Shown one piece after another: positions 37,158-47,970 of a stretch of DNA of 60,294 nucleotides. The notes beneath the pieces are model-generated. The model ran no database searches. It was not told the DNA's origin and saw only the letters and a list, made by a program, of their open reading frames with translations. Source of the DNA: Candidatus Hydrothermota bacterium (GTDB lineage: Bacteria > Hydrothermota > Hydrothermia > B15-G9 > DRBW01); assembly GCA_021158525.1 (NCBI GenBank), contig JAGGUL010000079.1, positions 1 through 60,294 on the forward strand, written 5' to 3'. Numbering within the stretch: the first letter of the stretch is position 1; each line of letters opens with the position of its first letter. Position numbers and translations under genes: made by a program.

Positions 37158-37282
37158 AAATTCTTAACACAAAAAACTGTGAGCAATTGTTACACCTCGA
37201 CGAAGTGAATTTTCGGGTTTTTTTGCTCCAGAAGCCATTTTCCGCGGGGCAAGTCCTTTTACTTCTGAAAGTTACATAAGTA

Positions 37283-37311
37283 TTGACATAATCCCCACAG
37301 TGTTTTATAAA
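37283..37311 (+). promoter_or_regulatory. Sigma70-type promoter for the S9 peptidase
   Basis: TTGACA-17-TATAAA; SD GGAGG before ATG 37356. Confidence 0.6.
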
Positions 37312-37355
37312 GTGAAAGAATTTGAATAACTTAGGATTCCAAAGGGGAGGTTAAT

Positions 37356-39356
37356 ATGCCAAAAAGACTGACATGGAAAGTTAAGCCGGAAGACATATAT
37401 GAATTCAAGCTGGTCTCGGATCCACAGATGTCTCCTGATGGTAAGGAGATAGCCTTCGTTGTCACGGAGGTAAAACCTGCCAAAGAGAAGGGCAAGAAAA
37501 AGTACGAGTCCCATATCTGGCTGATGAACGTCGAAACGAAGGAAGCAAGGCAGTTGACTTTCGGCAAGGGCAGCGATATCAACCCGAGATGGTCACCTGA
37601 CGGCAAACATCTTCTGTTTCTCTCCAACAGGGACGACGAAAAGAAGGGAATGCAGCTCTACGTTATCCCCAGATACGGAGGGGAAGCCCGCAGAATGACC
37701 GACATAGAGGGAGGAGTATCCGATCCCCAATGGGCTCCCAAAGGAAGAAGAGTCCTGTTCCTCGCATCTCCGCCTTCCAAGGAAAAGGAGAAAACAGACG
37801 TTAAGGTCATCAGGAGGATTTTCTACAAGTTAGATGGGGCCGGATTCATACATGAGAAGAGAAGGCACCTTTTCGTCCTCACTTTTGAAGGCGCAAGGCC
37901 TAAACAGCTTACCTCAGGAGACTTCGATGTATCCGATCCGGCATGGTCACCCGACGGCACGGAGATAGCTTTCATAGCGAACATGAGCGAGAACACAGAC
38001 TACGAGGTAAGAAAGGACCTCTACGTGATCTCCAAAATGGGAGGCAAGCCCCGTAAGCTTTACTCAGGCAAAGGTCCTCTCGCCAACCCAACCTATTCTC
38101 CCGACGGTAAATATATCGCTTTCCTCGGCCAAGATATGGAGAAGGGATTTGCCACGAATACTAATGTCTGGCTGATCACGAGCGACACTGGCAGACCCCG
38201 AAACCTGACGAAAAATTACGGGATCAGTGCTGTATCTGTGGTCCTCGGCGATGCAAGGGGACCGGGTGGAAATCCCTATCCTATATGGGGCAGAGCAGGC
38301 AAGTACATATACTTCCTCGCTACGAAGGGCGGCTCGACCCATATTTTCAGGGTCGACAAAAAGGGGAAATCTTTCGCCCAGGTCACCGAAGGCGAGTTCT
38401 CCGTCGACAGTTTCTCCCTTTCGAGAAGGGCATCGAAAATAGTGTATCTGAGAACATCGGCGGTCAATCTACCGGATGTGTATCTGCTGAACGATGAAGG
38501 TGAAGACATTCAGCTTACAAACTTCGGGACCGATCTGACGGATTACAGATATCTGTCCAAACCCGAGAGATTCACCTTCAAAGCTTCTGACGGCAAGGAG
38601 ATCGAGGGCTGGATCATGAAACCTGTCGATTTCAAAAAGGGAGAAAAATATCCGGCTATTCTCGAGATCCACGGAGGTCCGAGAGCGGCTTACGGCTATG
38701 CCTTCATGCACGAGTTCCAGCTTCTTGCTACCCGTGGCTACGTGGTCTTCTACATAAATCCCAGGGGAAGCGCCGGCTACGGCGAGGATTTCGCCTATGC
38801 CATCGTGAAAAACTATGGTGACAGGGATTACAAAGACCTGATGGAAGCCGTTGAGTACGTGAAAACCCACTTTGATTTTGTGGATCCGGACAGGCTCGGG
38901 GTCACTGGCGGATCTTATGGAGGCTACATGACCAACTGGATCGTCACCCACACCGATATATTCAAGGCAGCCGTCACACAGCGATCCATAAGCAATTTCT
39001 ATTCTTTCTTCGGAACTTCAGACATAGGCTACATCTTCGGGAAGGAAGAGCTCGGAGGAGAACCCTGGAAGAGGCCTAGGGCCTTCCTGAAAAAATCTCC
39101 CATCTCTTATGTTGAGAATGTCAAAACCCCGCTGCTGATAATTCACTCGGAGAACGACTACAGATGCCCGATGGAACAGGCAGAACAGTTCTACGTGGCG
39201 CTGAAATATCTCAAGAAGGAGGTTGAATTAGTGCGTTTCCCCGATGAGGGGCACAACTTATCCAGAAACGGGCAGCCTCATCACCGGGTTGAAAGGCTAA
39301 ATCACATACTCAGGTGGTTTGACACTTACCTTAAAGGCAAGGGCTCAAAGAAGTGA
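37356..39356 (+). CDS. S9C acylaminoacyl/dipeptidyl aminopeptidase
   Basis: SPDG propeller repeats; IHGGP; GGSYGG; DYRCP; EGH. Confidence 0.95.
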   Translation: MPKRLTWKVKPEDIYEFKLVSDPQMSPDGKEIAFVVTEVKPAKEKGKKKYESHIWLMNVETKEARQLTFGKGSDINPRWSPDGKHLLFLSNRDDEKKGMQLYVIPRYGGEARRMTDIEGGVSDPQWAPKGRRVLFLASPPSKEKEKTDVKVIRRIFYKLDGAGFIHEKRRHLFVLTFEGARPKQLTSGDFDVSDPAWSPDGTEIAFIANMSENTDYEVRKDLYVISKMGGKPRKLYSGKGPLANPTYSPDGKYIAFLGQDMEKGFATNTNVWLITSDTGRPRNLTKNYGISAVSVVLGDARGPGGNPYPIWGRAGKYIYFLATKGGSTHIFRVDKKGKSFAQVTEGEFSVDSFSLSRRASKIVYLRTSAVNLPDVYLLNDEGEDIQLTNFGTDLTDYRYLSKPERFTFKASDGKEIEGWIMKPVDFKKGEKYPAILEIHGGPRAAYGYAFMHEFQLLATRGYVVFYINPRGSAGYGEDFAYAIVKNYGDRDYKDLMEAVEYVKTHFDFVDPDRLGVTGGSYGGYMTNWIVTHTDIFKAAVTQRSISNFYSFFGTSDIGYIFGKEELGGEPWKRPRAFLKKSPISYVENVKTPLLIIHSENDYRCPMEQAEQFYVALKYLKKEVELVRFPDEGHNLSRNGQPHHRVERLNHILRWFDTYLKGKGSKK

Positions 39357-40133
39357 TCTGACGAGCCCTCCATCCACCTGAATCGTCGTACCCGTTATGT
39401 AGCTTGCCCGCTCGGAAGCCAGAAAAGCTACGAGTGCTGCCAGCTCTTCCGGTTCGGCGAGACGCCCGAGGGGTACGTCTGCGGCCATTTCCTTGAGGGC
39501 TTCATCCTCGGATATGCCCTTCTGTGCCGCTCGACTTCTCGCCAGTTGAACCATCCTCTCGGTGCGTGTGAGCCCAGGAGCAACGCAGTTTACGAGAATG
39601 TTATAGGGAGCCAGTTCCCTCGACAGGGTCTTAAAAAGACCCACTACGGCGCTCCTTATCGCGTTGCTGAGTATCAAATTGTCCAGCGGCTGCTTCACCG
39701 AAACGGAAGTCAGGCCGATTATCCTCCCCCACTTCTTTTCTTTCATATGGGATAGAACGCCTTTTATGAAACGCTGAGCCGAGAGGAAGGTCAGATTAAA
39801 GGCCTTAAGCCAGTCCTCATCATTGAAGTCCTCGAAGGTACCCGGAGGTGGTCCGCCGGCATTGGTCACCAGTATGTCGATAGATCCGTAGACATCCAGG
39901 GCCTTCTTGATCAGGTTATCGATGTCCTCTTTTACGGTTAAATCTGCTCTGAAAGCCTGAACTTCAGCGCCGAGAGCACGGATCTCCTCCGCTGCTCTGC
40001 TCAGGTTCTCCGGTTTTCTTGAGGTTATGATAACCCGAGCTCCCTCCCGAGCGAGCTCGAGAGCTATTGCTTTCCCGAGCCCCTTCGAGGAGGCCGCAAC
40101 GAGGGCACTTTTCCCCTTAATTCCCAGGTCCAT
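39345..40133 (-). CDS. Short-chain dehydrogenase/reductase (atypical SNxxR subtype)
   Basis: AASSKGLG, NAGGP, SNAIR, ITGTTIQVDGG. Confidence 0.9.
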   Translation of the reverse strand: MDLGIKGKSALVAASSKGLGKAIALELAREGARVIITSRKPENLSRAAEEIRALGAEVQAFRADLTVKEDIDNLIKKALDVYGSIDILVTNAGGPPPGTFEDFNDEDWLKAFNLTFLSAQRFIKGVLSHMKEKKWGRIIGLTSVSVKQPLDNLILSNAIRSAVVGLFKTLSRELAPYNILVNCVAPGLTRTERMVQLARSRAAQKGISEDEALKEMAADVPLGRLAEPEELAALVAFLASERASYITGTTIQVDGGLVRSLL

Positions 40134-41436
40134 TCCTTCCCTCCATTTCTCTCTTATAGGCTTCCTCCCTCAAAAGGTTTCTGTAAGAAGGGCTCTCGAA
40201 AGTATAGGAAAACCTGGAAGGCACGTCATACCTGCCCTCGATTATAGCGACCACGTCTTCCGTAAAGACCAGCTCCTCATCGGTGGGAATAACGAAAACC
40301 TTCACCGGTGAGTCATCGGTCGAGATCAGGAATTCCTTGTTTCTGCTCACGGCCTTTCTGTTCCTCTCCTTATCGAGACGTATGCCCAGATTTTCCAGGT
40401 TCTCGAGGGCCATCTCCCTGATCTGCCAGGCCATCTCTCCAACTCCGGCCGTAAACACCACTGCATCGACCCTGCCGAGAGCCGCCATATACGCACCTAT
40501 GTACTTCTTGATCCTGTAGCTCTCCATCTTCAGGGCGAGTTTCGCTCGCTCATCGCCTTCCTCAGCGGCTTTTATGACATCTCGCCTGTCTGTGTATTTG
40601 CCGGTGATTCCGAGGACACCGCTCTTCTTGTTGAGCACGTTGACAACCTGCTGAGCAGTTATTCCCTCTCTCTTCATTATGTAAGGTATGATGGCGGGAT
40701 CCAGATCGCCCGATCTTGTCCCCATAATGAGGCCCTCGAGGGGGGTAAACCCCATGCTGTGATCGTAGGACTGGCCGTTCTTTATGGCGGTGATGCTGGC
40801 GCCGTTTCCTATGTGGCAGGTAATGAGGTTGACTTCAGAGGGTTTCTTCCCGAGCAGCGCCGCGGCTCTCCTCGAGACATAAAGGTGAGATGTGCCGTGA
40901 AACCCGTAGCGCCTGACTTTGTGTCTCTCGTACCACTCGTAGGGCACCGCGTAAAGGTAAACGTGGGAGGGCATGGTCTGATGAAAGGCCGTATCCATCA
41001 CCGCGACGTGGGGGATATCGGGCAGAACCTTCATGGCTGCCTCTATTCCCATGACGTTTGCCGGGTTGTGGAGGGGAGCCAGAATGGCGAGCTCCTTGAA
41101 GGTTTCGATGGCTTTCTGATCTATGAGAACCGACTTGGTAAAGACCTCACCGCCGTGAACCACCCTGTGTCCCACCGCCTTTATCTCTCTTATGTCGCTG
41201 AGAACACCATAATCAGGATGAGTGAGTATCTCCAGAACGTGCTGAATCGCCTCAACGTGAGACAGACAATCCCGCTCTATCCTGACCGGTTCCTTTCCCC
41301 TGACTTCGTGGACTATGAAAGAATTCCCTATGGTAACTCTCTCAACGACCCCCTTGGCGAGGGGTACCCTTTTCTCCCAATCATAGACCTGATATTTAAC
41401 GGAAGAACTGCCGCAATTCAGGGTCAGTATTTTCAT
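40117..41436 (-). CDS. ackA: Acetate kinase
   Basis: NCGSSSVKY, GHRVVHGG, APLHNP, DTAFHQ, RRYGFHGTSH, GTRSGD, PTDEE. Confidence 0.96.
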   Translation of the reverse strand: MKILTLNCGSSSVKYQVYDWEKRVPLAKGVVERVTIGNSFIVHEVRGKEPVRIERDCLSHVEAIQHVLEILTHPDYGVLSDIREIKAVGHRVVHGGEVFTKSVLIDQKAIETFKELAILAPLHNPANVMGIEAAMKVLPDIPHVAVMDTAFHQTMPSHVYLYAVPYEWYERHKVRRYGFHGTSHLYVSRRAAALLGKKPSEVNLITCHIGNGASITAIKNGQSYDHSMGFTPLEGLIMGTRSGDLDPAIIPYIMKREGITAQQVVNVLNKKSGVLGITGKYTDRRDVIKAAEEGDERAKLALKMESYRIKKYIGAYMAALGRVDAVVFTAGVGEMAWQIREMALENLENLGIRLDKERNRKAVSRNKEFLISTDDSPVKVFVIPTDEELVFTEDVVAIIEGRYDVPSRFSYTFESPSYRNLLREEAYKREMEGRNGPGN

Positions 41437-42347
41437 ACCCAGCCTTTCCCGGCCATTTTGGCAGCCAGAGCGATCGAGTAAAACTTGGAATCCTCCCTGT
41501 CACCCCTCGATGTCAATATGCAGGGGGCCGTCGTGCCAGCCACCACAGCGGCGAGTTCAGCACCGGCAAGCCAGGTAGCAGTCTTGAAGAAAACGTTACC
41601 CGTGACGATGTCCGGGAAAAGGACTATATCGGCGTCGCCAGCAACCTCGCTCTTCACCCCCTTTATTTTTGTGCTCTCCTTTGAAACAGCGAGATCAAAG
41701 GCGAGAGGACCGTCCACAATGGCACCCCTGATCTGTCCTCTCTCAGCCATGACCTTGATTATGGCAGCGTCAACGCTGGAAGGCATCTTGGGATTAACGG
41801 TCTCTATCGCGGAAATTATAGCGGCTTTTGGCATCTCGATGCCGAGTTCGTGGGCAACTTTTATGGTGTACTTGAGGATCTGAACCTTCTGGTTTAGATC
41901 AGGATGGATAATGACCGCCACGTCGGCGGCGATGATGAGCTTCGGGTAGGTGGGGAATTCCACAACTGTGACATGGGACAGAAGGGCGCCCTCGGGCAAG
42001 AGGCCCTGTTGCTTGTCGAGAATTGCCCGCATATAGGTAACTGTCGAAACGAGTCCCTTCATCAGCATGTCGCCTTCACCCTCCCTGACGAGTCTCACCG
42101 CTTCCTTCACTGCTTTCGAGGGATCCGGTTCGTGCGTGATCTCAAAAATTCCGGGGTCCACACCGTGCTCCTTCGCAACCCTGTAAATGTTGTCCCTGTT
42201 TCCCACGAGATGTGCCTTGATCATCCCCTCGTTGACTCCTCTGGCAACCGCCTCGATGGTGTGCGGATCTTCCCCCACAGCAACAATGAGCTTCTTGGTC
42301 TCGGCCCCTTTTACCTCCTCCACCAATTCCGAAAGTCTCCTTATCAT
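41433..42347 (-). CDS. ptb: Phosphate butyryltransferase
   Basis: LMKGLV, LLSHV, VDGPLAFDLAVS, VAGDAD, LTSRGD; adjacent to buk. Confidence 0.9.
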   Translation of the reverse strand: MIRRLSELVEEVKGAETKKLIVAVGEDPHTIEAVARGVNEGMIKAHLVGNRDNIYRVAKEHGVDPGIFEITHEPDPSKAVKEAVRLVREGEGDMLMKGLVSTVTYMRAILDKQQGLLPEGALLSHVTVVEFPTYPKLIIAADVAVIIHPDLNQKVQILKYTIKVAHELGIEMPKAAIISAIETVNPKMPSSVDAAIIKVMAERGQIRGAIVDGPLAFDLAVSKESTKIKGVKSEVAGDADIVLFPDIVTGNVFFKTATWLAGAELAAVVAGTTAPCILTSRGDREDSKFYSIALAAKMAGKGWV

Positions 42348-42361
42348 CTTCTCATCCTCCT

Positions 42362-43432
42362 CTATCTGTATTCTTTGGCCACTTCCTCACCTTTCAATAC
42401 TCTCAACGCTCCCAGGGCAAGCGCTTTCATCTCATCGCCCCCGGGATACACCATGATCCTGGCGATAAACCCCACTCTTTCCCTGATCATGTTCACAAAT
42501 TCCTCGTCATAGGCGAGGCCACCACTTATCACAATGGCGTCCACCTCTCCCTTTAAAACGGCCGCATCGGCTCCGATTTCCTTGGCGACCTGATAGGCCA
42601 TAGCCTCTTTGATAAGCTTCGCCTTTTCGTCGCCCTCTTCTATGCGCCTGTTAACTTCCCTCATATCATTTGTGCCGAGATAGGCCACCATCCCGCCCTT
42701 TCCGGCGAGCATCTTCTTGAGCTCGTCCCTGGTGTACTTCCCCGAAAGGACCATCTCAATTGTATCCCACACGGGGAGCCCCCCGGCCCTCTCGGGTGCA
42801 AAGGGCCCGTCGCCGTTCAGGGCATTGTTGACATCTACCACCCTGCCCTTTCTGTGGACCCCAACCGATATGCCGCCGCCCATGTGAACCACGATAAAAT
42901 TCACGTCCTCATATTTTCGCCCAAGCTCCTCGGCGGCCGTTCTCGCGACGCACTTCTGGTTCAGGGCGTGGAAAATGCTTCTCCTCGTGATCTGCGGGAG
43001 GCCCGAGATTCTGGCCACAGGCTCCATCTCGTCGACGACGACCGGATCCACTATAAAGGCCGGAATCCCCAGGGGCCTGGCTATGGAATCGGCCAGTATG
43101 CCCCCCAGGTTCGACGCGTGCTCGCCCTGCAAACCTTTCCTGAGATCCTCGAGCATCTGCTCGTTTACCCTGTAAGTTCCGCTTTCTATGGGCTTTAAAA
43201 GCCCACCTCTTCCCACAACAGCATCGAGCTTCTTCAGGTCGTACCCGCGTTTTTCGAGCTCGTCCAGGATTATCTTCTTTCTGAATTCGTACTGATCTGT
43301 GATCCTGTGAAAAGGGGCCAGTTCCTCCGTTGAATGGGGAATGTTCACGGAGAAAACTTCCCTTTTGTCTTCGAAAAGAGCGATCTTCGTTGAAGTTGAA
43401 CCCGGATTTATCACAAGAATGTTGAAGGCCAT
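42362..43432 (-). CDS. buk: Butyrate kinase
   Basis: [32 protein letters not shown]; SD AAGGAGGTG before ATG 43432. Confidence 0.96.
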   Translation of the reverse strand: MAFNILVINPGSTSTKIALFEDKREVFSVNIPHSTEELAPFHRITDQYEFRKKIILDELEKRGYDLKKLDAVVGRGGLLKPIESGTYRVNEQMLEDLRKGLQGEHASNLGGILADSIARPLGIPAFIVDPVVVDEMEPVARISGLPQITRRSIFHALNQKCVARTAAEELGRKYEDVNFIVVHMGGGISVGVHRKGRVVDVNNALNGDGPFAPERAGGLPVWDTIEMVLSGKYTRDELKKMLAGKGGMVAYLGTNDMREVNRRIEEGDEKAKLIKEAMAYQVAKEIGADAAVLKGEVDAIVISGGLAYDEEFVNMIRERVGFIARIMVYPGGDEMKALALGALRVLKGEEVAKEYR

Positions 43433-43487
43433 GTCACCTCCTTTAATTTTATCACAAAAAACGCTTAACGGCTTGATAGACAATCCA

Positions 43488-43516
43488 ATTATATTTAATT
43501 TTGCTAAAATTTGCAA
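43488..43516 (-). promoter_or_regulatory. Sigma70-type promoter of buk-ptb-ackA-SDR
   Basis: TTGCAA-17-TATAAT. Confidence 0.7.
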
Positions 43517-43768
43517 GAAAAGAGAGCCTTTGAGCTCTACCTCCCGTAAGAGCACATATGCAGAAGAGCTCATAAACTCTCGGCCAGAAGCGGTACCCCT
43601 ATCAATTGTATCCGCCTTTTTCCGTATCGCTCTCCATCTGCCTCATCTATAAAATTGGGGCTAAATTCCCCAAAGGAAAATAAAGAGCCAAACGGTATAA
43701 CGGCCGAAAAACACTGGCAGGGCAAGCTCTGATTGACTGATGGAGCATCTCTACTGCAAAATAAAAAG

Positions 43769-44137
43769 ATGGAAGCGAGGGAGCATGTCAAAAAATACCT
43801 GGATGAGGTCGATTTTGATTTTCATCTTGTGGACAGAAACTGGCTGAGGGAGAGGCTCGGAAAAGTTTACCTGGCCGATGTGAGAATGCCCAGCGATTTC
43901 TCAGAATGTCACATACCCGGAGCTACTAACATACCTCTAAAAAAGCTTGCAAGATATGTAGAGAAATTTCCCCGGGAAAAAGACATAGTCTTCTATTGCA
44001 CTTCGGGAGCCATGTCAGCTCAGGCCGTAGTCCTGATGAGGCTCATGGGGTACAGGGCTTACGCGCTTCTGGAGGGCATAAAGGGCTGGAAGGCGGCGGG
44101 GTTTCCCGTCGAAGGTGAGAGACGGACTCCGGGGTGA
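43769..44137 (+). CDS. Single-domain rhodanese
   Basis: DVR, HIPGATNIP, FYCTSG, LEGIKGW; TTGACT-18-CAAAAT lies 6 nt upstream of ATG 43769. Confidence 0.85.
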   Translation: MEAREHVKKYLDEVDFDFHLVDRNWLRERLGKVYLADVRMPSDFSECHIPGATNIPLKKLARYVEKFPREKDIVFYCTSGAMSAQAVVLMRLMGYRAYALLEGIKGWKAAGFPVEGERRTPG

Positions 44138-44143
44138 GACACG

Positions 44144-45244
44144 ATGGATAACGAGATACAGGGAATCGATCCCGATGAGAGGTTTATGAGGATAGCCCTC
44201 GGACTCGCCGAGCTCGGAAGGGGATTCACGGCTCCCAACCCGATGGTGGGTGCAGTTATAGTCAGGAAGGGCAGGATAGTCGGAGCCGGGTACCACAAAA
44301 AGGCCGGAGAGCCCCACGCTGAGATCCGCGCCATGGAAGATGCCGGGTGGGATGTCAAAGGCGCCACCATGTACGTGACTCTTGAACCCTGCGTGCACTA
44401 TGGCAGGACGCCGCCCTGTACCGACAGGATAATAAAGGAAGGGATAAAAAGGGTCGTCATCGCCGTCCTCGATCCGAATCCCAGGGTTCACGGAGAGGGC
44501 GTGAGAAAACTCCGCGAGGCCGGCATCGAAGTTAAAGTCGGCGTTCTGGAGAGAGAAGCCCGCGCCCTGAACGAAGCCTTTTTCAAATTCATGGAGACTG
44601 GCCTTCCCTTCGTGATCCTCAAACTCGCCGTCACCCTCGACGGGCACATAGCGGACTCATGGGGAAATTCGAAATGGATAAGCTCCGATGCAGCGAGGGC
44701 CTTCGTGCACAAGCTCAGGGGCGAAATGGACGGAATAGCGGTCGGCATAAACACAGTGCTCATGGATGACCCGATGCTCACTCCTCGAGAGGTACATCCC
44801 GCCCGGGTTCCGAGAAGATTTGTACTCGATTCAGGGCTCAAAATTCCGCTCACGTCGAAAGTTCTGGGCGTCCCACCTCCCACCGTGATCGTGTCAGGGA
44901 CTAATCACGATAAAGAAAGAAAAAAAGCGCTCGAGGAAAGAGGAATAGAAGTGTGGGTCCAGGAAAGGGCAGCAGTCGACATCGAAGCTTTCCTCAGAAG
45001 AGCCGGTGAGGAAGGCATACAATCCATAATGTTCGAGGGCGGGGGGAAAGTGGCCACTTCCATAATCGGGACAGGGCTGTTCGACAAGATATACCTGTTT
45101 CTTTCGCCCAAATTGCTGGGAGGCGGCATCCCGTTTTTCAGGAAGGAACCCCCGCTCCCCGTCGATTCTCCCGTCAGCCTCGAAATCGAGACTTTCAAGA
45201 GGTTTTCCTCCGACTTACTCATGGTTTTGAGGAAAAAGGGGTGA
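44144..45244 (+). CDS. ribD: Bifunctional riboflavin biosynthesis deaminase/reductase
   Basis: PNPMVGAV, HAE, TLEPCVHYGRTPPC, SKWIS, EGGG. Confidence 0.96.
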   Translation: MDNEIQGIDPDERFMRIALGLAELGRGFTAPNPMVGAVIVRKGRIVGAGYHKKAGEPHAEIRAMEDAGWDVKGATMYVTLEPCVHYGRTPPCTDRIIKEGIKRVVIAVLDPNPRVHGEGVRKLREAGIEVKVGVLEREARALNEAFFKFMETGLPFVILKLAVTLDGHIADSWGNSKWISSDAARAFVHKLRGEMDGIAVGINTVLMDDPMLTPREVHPARVPRRFVLDSGLKIPLTSKVLGVPPPTVIVSGTNHDKERKKALEERGIEVWVQERAAVDIEAFLRRAGEEGIQSIMFEGGGKVATSIIGTGLFDKIYLFLSPKLLGGGIPFFRKEPPLPVDSPVSLEIETFKRFSSDLLMVLRKKG

Positions 45245-45285
45245 GACTTCTTTCGAACATCGAGTTTGCATTATAATCCAGAGGC

Positions 45286-45825
45286 GTGGGACATCTCGTT
45301 GAAAATATCAACATCAGGATACCCGAGCTGGCGGTGCTCGTCGTATCCATGCTCCCCGTCTCTGAGCTGAGGGGCGCAATTCCTCTGGCTGTCTTTAAAT
45401 TCCATTTCCCGATCTGGAAAGCATTTCTCCTGTCAGTAGCCGGCAACCTGGTGCCCATAGTGCCCATTCTCCTGTTTCTCAACAGAATCCACAGATTGCT
45501 GTACAGAACTTCCTGGGGCAAAAAACTCTTCGATAAGTTCTCGGCCAGAACGAGGAAAAGAGGGCAGATAGTGGAAAAATACGAGGCTCTCGGCCTCATA
45601 GCTTTCGTCGCAATTCCCCTTCCCGTAACGGGTGCCTGGACCGGAGCTTTCGCCGCTTTTCTCTTCGACATACCCTTCAAAAAGGCCTTTCCTGCGATAG
45701 CAATGGGTGTACTTATCGCCGGTTTTATCGTCTCTGCCTTCGTTATGGCCGGTTACATCGGCGCAGTGGCGGTGGGCGCTATACTGCTTTTCCTGGTCCT
45801 GAAAGAGGCCTATAAACGCCTCTGA
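45286..45825 (+). CDS. COG2426 small multidrug-export-like membrane protein
   Basis: SMLPVSELRGAIP, FVAIPLPVTGAWTG. Confidence 0.88.
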   Translation: MGHLVENINIRIPELAVLVVSMLPVSELRGAIPLAVFKFHFPIWKAFLLSVAGNLVPIVPILLFLNRIHRLLYRTSWGKKLFDKFSARTRKRGQIVEKYEALGLIAFVAIPLPVTGAWTGAFAAFLFDIPFKKAFPAIAMGVLIAGFIVSAFVMAGYIGAVAVGAILLFLVLKEAYKRL

Positions 45826-45852
45826 AGGCCACAATCTGGAAACAGGATTTTA

Positions 45853-45881
45853 TTGACATGGGCAAAAATTAACGGTATTAT
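45853..45881 (+). promoter_or_regulatory. Sigma70-type promoter
   Basis: TTGACA-17-TATTAT; SD AAGGAGGT before ATG 45961. Confidence 0.7.
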
Positions 45882-45960
45882 CAAGGAGTTCACTCAAAAG
45901 GGGATATAAGAGGATTTGCTGTGATGTTTCTGTCGGAACCGGAAAAAAGGAGGTAATCTT

Positions 45961-47172
45961 ATGCCCATGAAGCTTCACTACAATTATAAGGACGTTTTCC
46001 GGGCAGCAAGACTCGGTTTCAGCGCGAAAAAAATTTGGGTACAATTTCTCGGTCTCCTTATAGGAACCGCAGTTTATTCGATTTTCACCTATCTGGGGCT
46101 CATACTCTCGGGATACACGATAAAAGAAGTCTGGACCAAATTTCACTACATTCCCATTCCCTTCGAGGAAAGCTTCACCGTTTACGGGTGGATCTTCCTG
46201 GGAATAGGGCTGTTTTTGTTCGTCGTCATCAACCTGATTTTCGGCGTTGCTGTATCAAAGATAACCTACGAACAGCTCAAAGGCGACGATTTTTACGAGG
46301 TTAAAAAAGCCCTCAGTTTTGCTTTCAAAGAGGGCCGGGCCGTCTATCTGGCCCCCATTGTCCTGATAATCCTGGTCGCCATCATTCTTCTTGGAGGCGT
46401 GATAATAGGCCTTCTGGGTAAAATCCCGTGGTTCGGGGAGCTCGTCCTGCTGCTCCTTTCCATTCCTTCTCTCTTCGCATGCGCCTTTATAGTCTACCTC
46501 TTTTTCGCCTTCGTGGTGGCCATGTATCTCTCTGCGGCCATAGTAGCGACCACGGCATCCGACACCTTCGACACCCTGTTCGAAGTTTTCTCGACGCTTA
46601 ACGACCAGAATTGGAGATTTATCGGCTATGAGGCCCTGCTCTACGGCGTGAAATTCATAGCCTTTTCCATCTTCGCCTGGGCCATAGGGAGGACACTCTG
46701 GATAATACACACGGTGCTGGGTGCCTCCTGGCTCATGGGAGCAAAATACCAGGCGATCGAGAAAGGTGCACTCCACTACTTCACCTATTCCTCCTCTTTC
46801 TATTTCCTCGATCCTTACCTCAGCTTCCTCAAGCTCAGCGCTATCCTCGAGGTTCCACCGGACATGCCGACCATGCCTTTGCCGTCGGCGATTCTCGCTT
46901 TCATATTCGGGATTCTTTTCTACTTCGTGGTCTTCACCGTTCTGTCCTTCTGGGGGGCGATGCACTGGGCAGGCAACACCTTGATTTTCGTGACCCTCGA
47001 GAAGAAAAAGGATGATATAGATCTCCTGGAGATCACGGAGGAAGAAGAGCTGACGGGAGGAGGAGTAACTGCTCCAACGGAGCAGATCGAAGAGGAGAAA
47101 GCAGCCGGTGAGGAAACAAAAGGGGATGTTGAAGGGGAAAGGGAAGAAGGAGAAAAAGAAGGAGAAGGCTGA
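45961..47172 (+). CDS. Hypothetical polytopic membrane protein with acidic tail
   Basis: About six long hydrophobic segments; Glu-rich C-terminus; strong SD. Confidence 0.75.
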   Translation: MPMKLHYNYKDVFRAARLGFSAKKIWVQFLGLLIGTAVYSIFTYLGLILSGYTIKEVWTKFHYIPIPFEESFTVYGWIFLGIGLFLFVVINLIFGVAVSKITYEQLKGDDFYEVKKALSFAFKEGRAVYLAPIVLIILVAIILLGGVIIGLLGKIPWFGELVLLLLSIPSLFACAFIVYLFFAFVVAMYLSAAIVATTASDTFDTLFEVFSTLNDQNWRFIGYEALLYGVKFIAFSIFAWAIGRTLWIIHTVLGASWLMGAKYQAIEKGALHYFTYSSSFYFLDPYLSFLKLSAILEVPPDMPTMPLPSAILAFIFGILFYFVVFTVLSFWGAMHWAGNTLIFVTLEKKKDDIDLLEITEEEELTGGGVTAPTEQIEEEKAAGEETKGDVEGEREEGEKEGEG

Positions 47173-47970
47173 TTGTCATCCTTAGGGGTTGAGATAGGGG
47201 CAAAAGAACTCAGGTTTATCCTGATCGAGGGAAACTGGATAGTAAAATCCGGAAGACGTCGTTTTACAGAGGGCGTGAGATTCCGGGATTTCCTCCTGAA
47301 TCTCCAGGCCGAGCTCGGGGAAGGCGGTGCATGGGTCGTTCCCCTTCGAGGGGTTTACGGGAGACTCATGGAACCCTGGGAAGGCGAGATCTTCGCTCGG
47401 CTTCTAAAGGAAACCCTGGGCAATCTATCGTCAGACCTCATATTCAGCTATCAGCCCGTGGGCAAAAAGGTCTTCCTCGGAACAGCGTTGAAAGACGACC
47501 TCATGGGGTACTATAACCTGATAAAGGGGGCTGGTTTCCAGGTGAATTCGGTTGAGGTGCCGGTTTTCGCCGCTTTCAATGCACTCTGGTATAATTATCC
47601 CGAAAAGAGAGGCGAGTCCCTGACGATGTTCCATACAGAGGGGGACCTCCTTTACGTGCTCCAGATAGACGAGGGAACACCTGTCCTCGCCGTATCGAGG
47701 CAGATTGGCGGAGATGACAACAGGCTGCTCGAATACCTGATCGAATTGAAGGAAACTTTCCTCGAGAACAACTCCGACATCGTCGTAAGCGGAGAACTCA
47801 GCACGAAGCCATCGGTTTTCGAGGCAATTGAGGCGGAACTCGAGATACCCGTTATCGTCCTTGACCCTCTCAGGGTCTTCGAGGGGATCGACAAAGAAGA
47901 AGGCCTCGAGAGCAATACGTTGTTTGCCGCCGCTCTCGGGGCGGCGCTGAAGGGTGCACGTTATGCTTGA
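47173..47970 (+). CDS. Divergent PilM-like actin-fold protein
   Basis: LGVEIGAK; GAGFQVNSVEVPVFAAFN; IVVSGE; LDPL; FAAALGAALK. Confidence 0.65.
   Translation: MSSLGVEIGAKELRFILIEGNWIVKSGRRRFTEGVRFRDFLLNLQAELGEGGAWVVPLRGVYGRLMEPWEGEIFARLLKETLGNLSSDLIFSYQPVGKKVFLGTALKDDLMGYYNLIKGAGFQVNSVEVPVFAAFNALWYNYPEKRGESLTMFHTEGDLLYVLQIDEGTPVLAVSRQIGGDDNRLLEYLIELKETFLENNSDIVVSGELSTKPSVFEAIEAELEIPVIVLDPLRVFEGIDKEEGLESNTLFAAALGAALKGARYA

Noticed and set aside
43440-43460. Possible Rex operator TTGTGATAAAATTAAAGG before buk
   Set aside because: Only one half-site matches TTGTGAA-N4-TTCACAA
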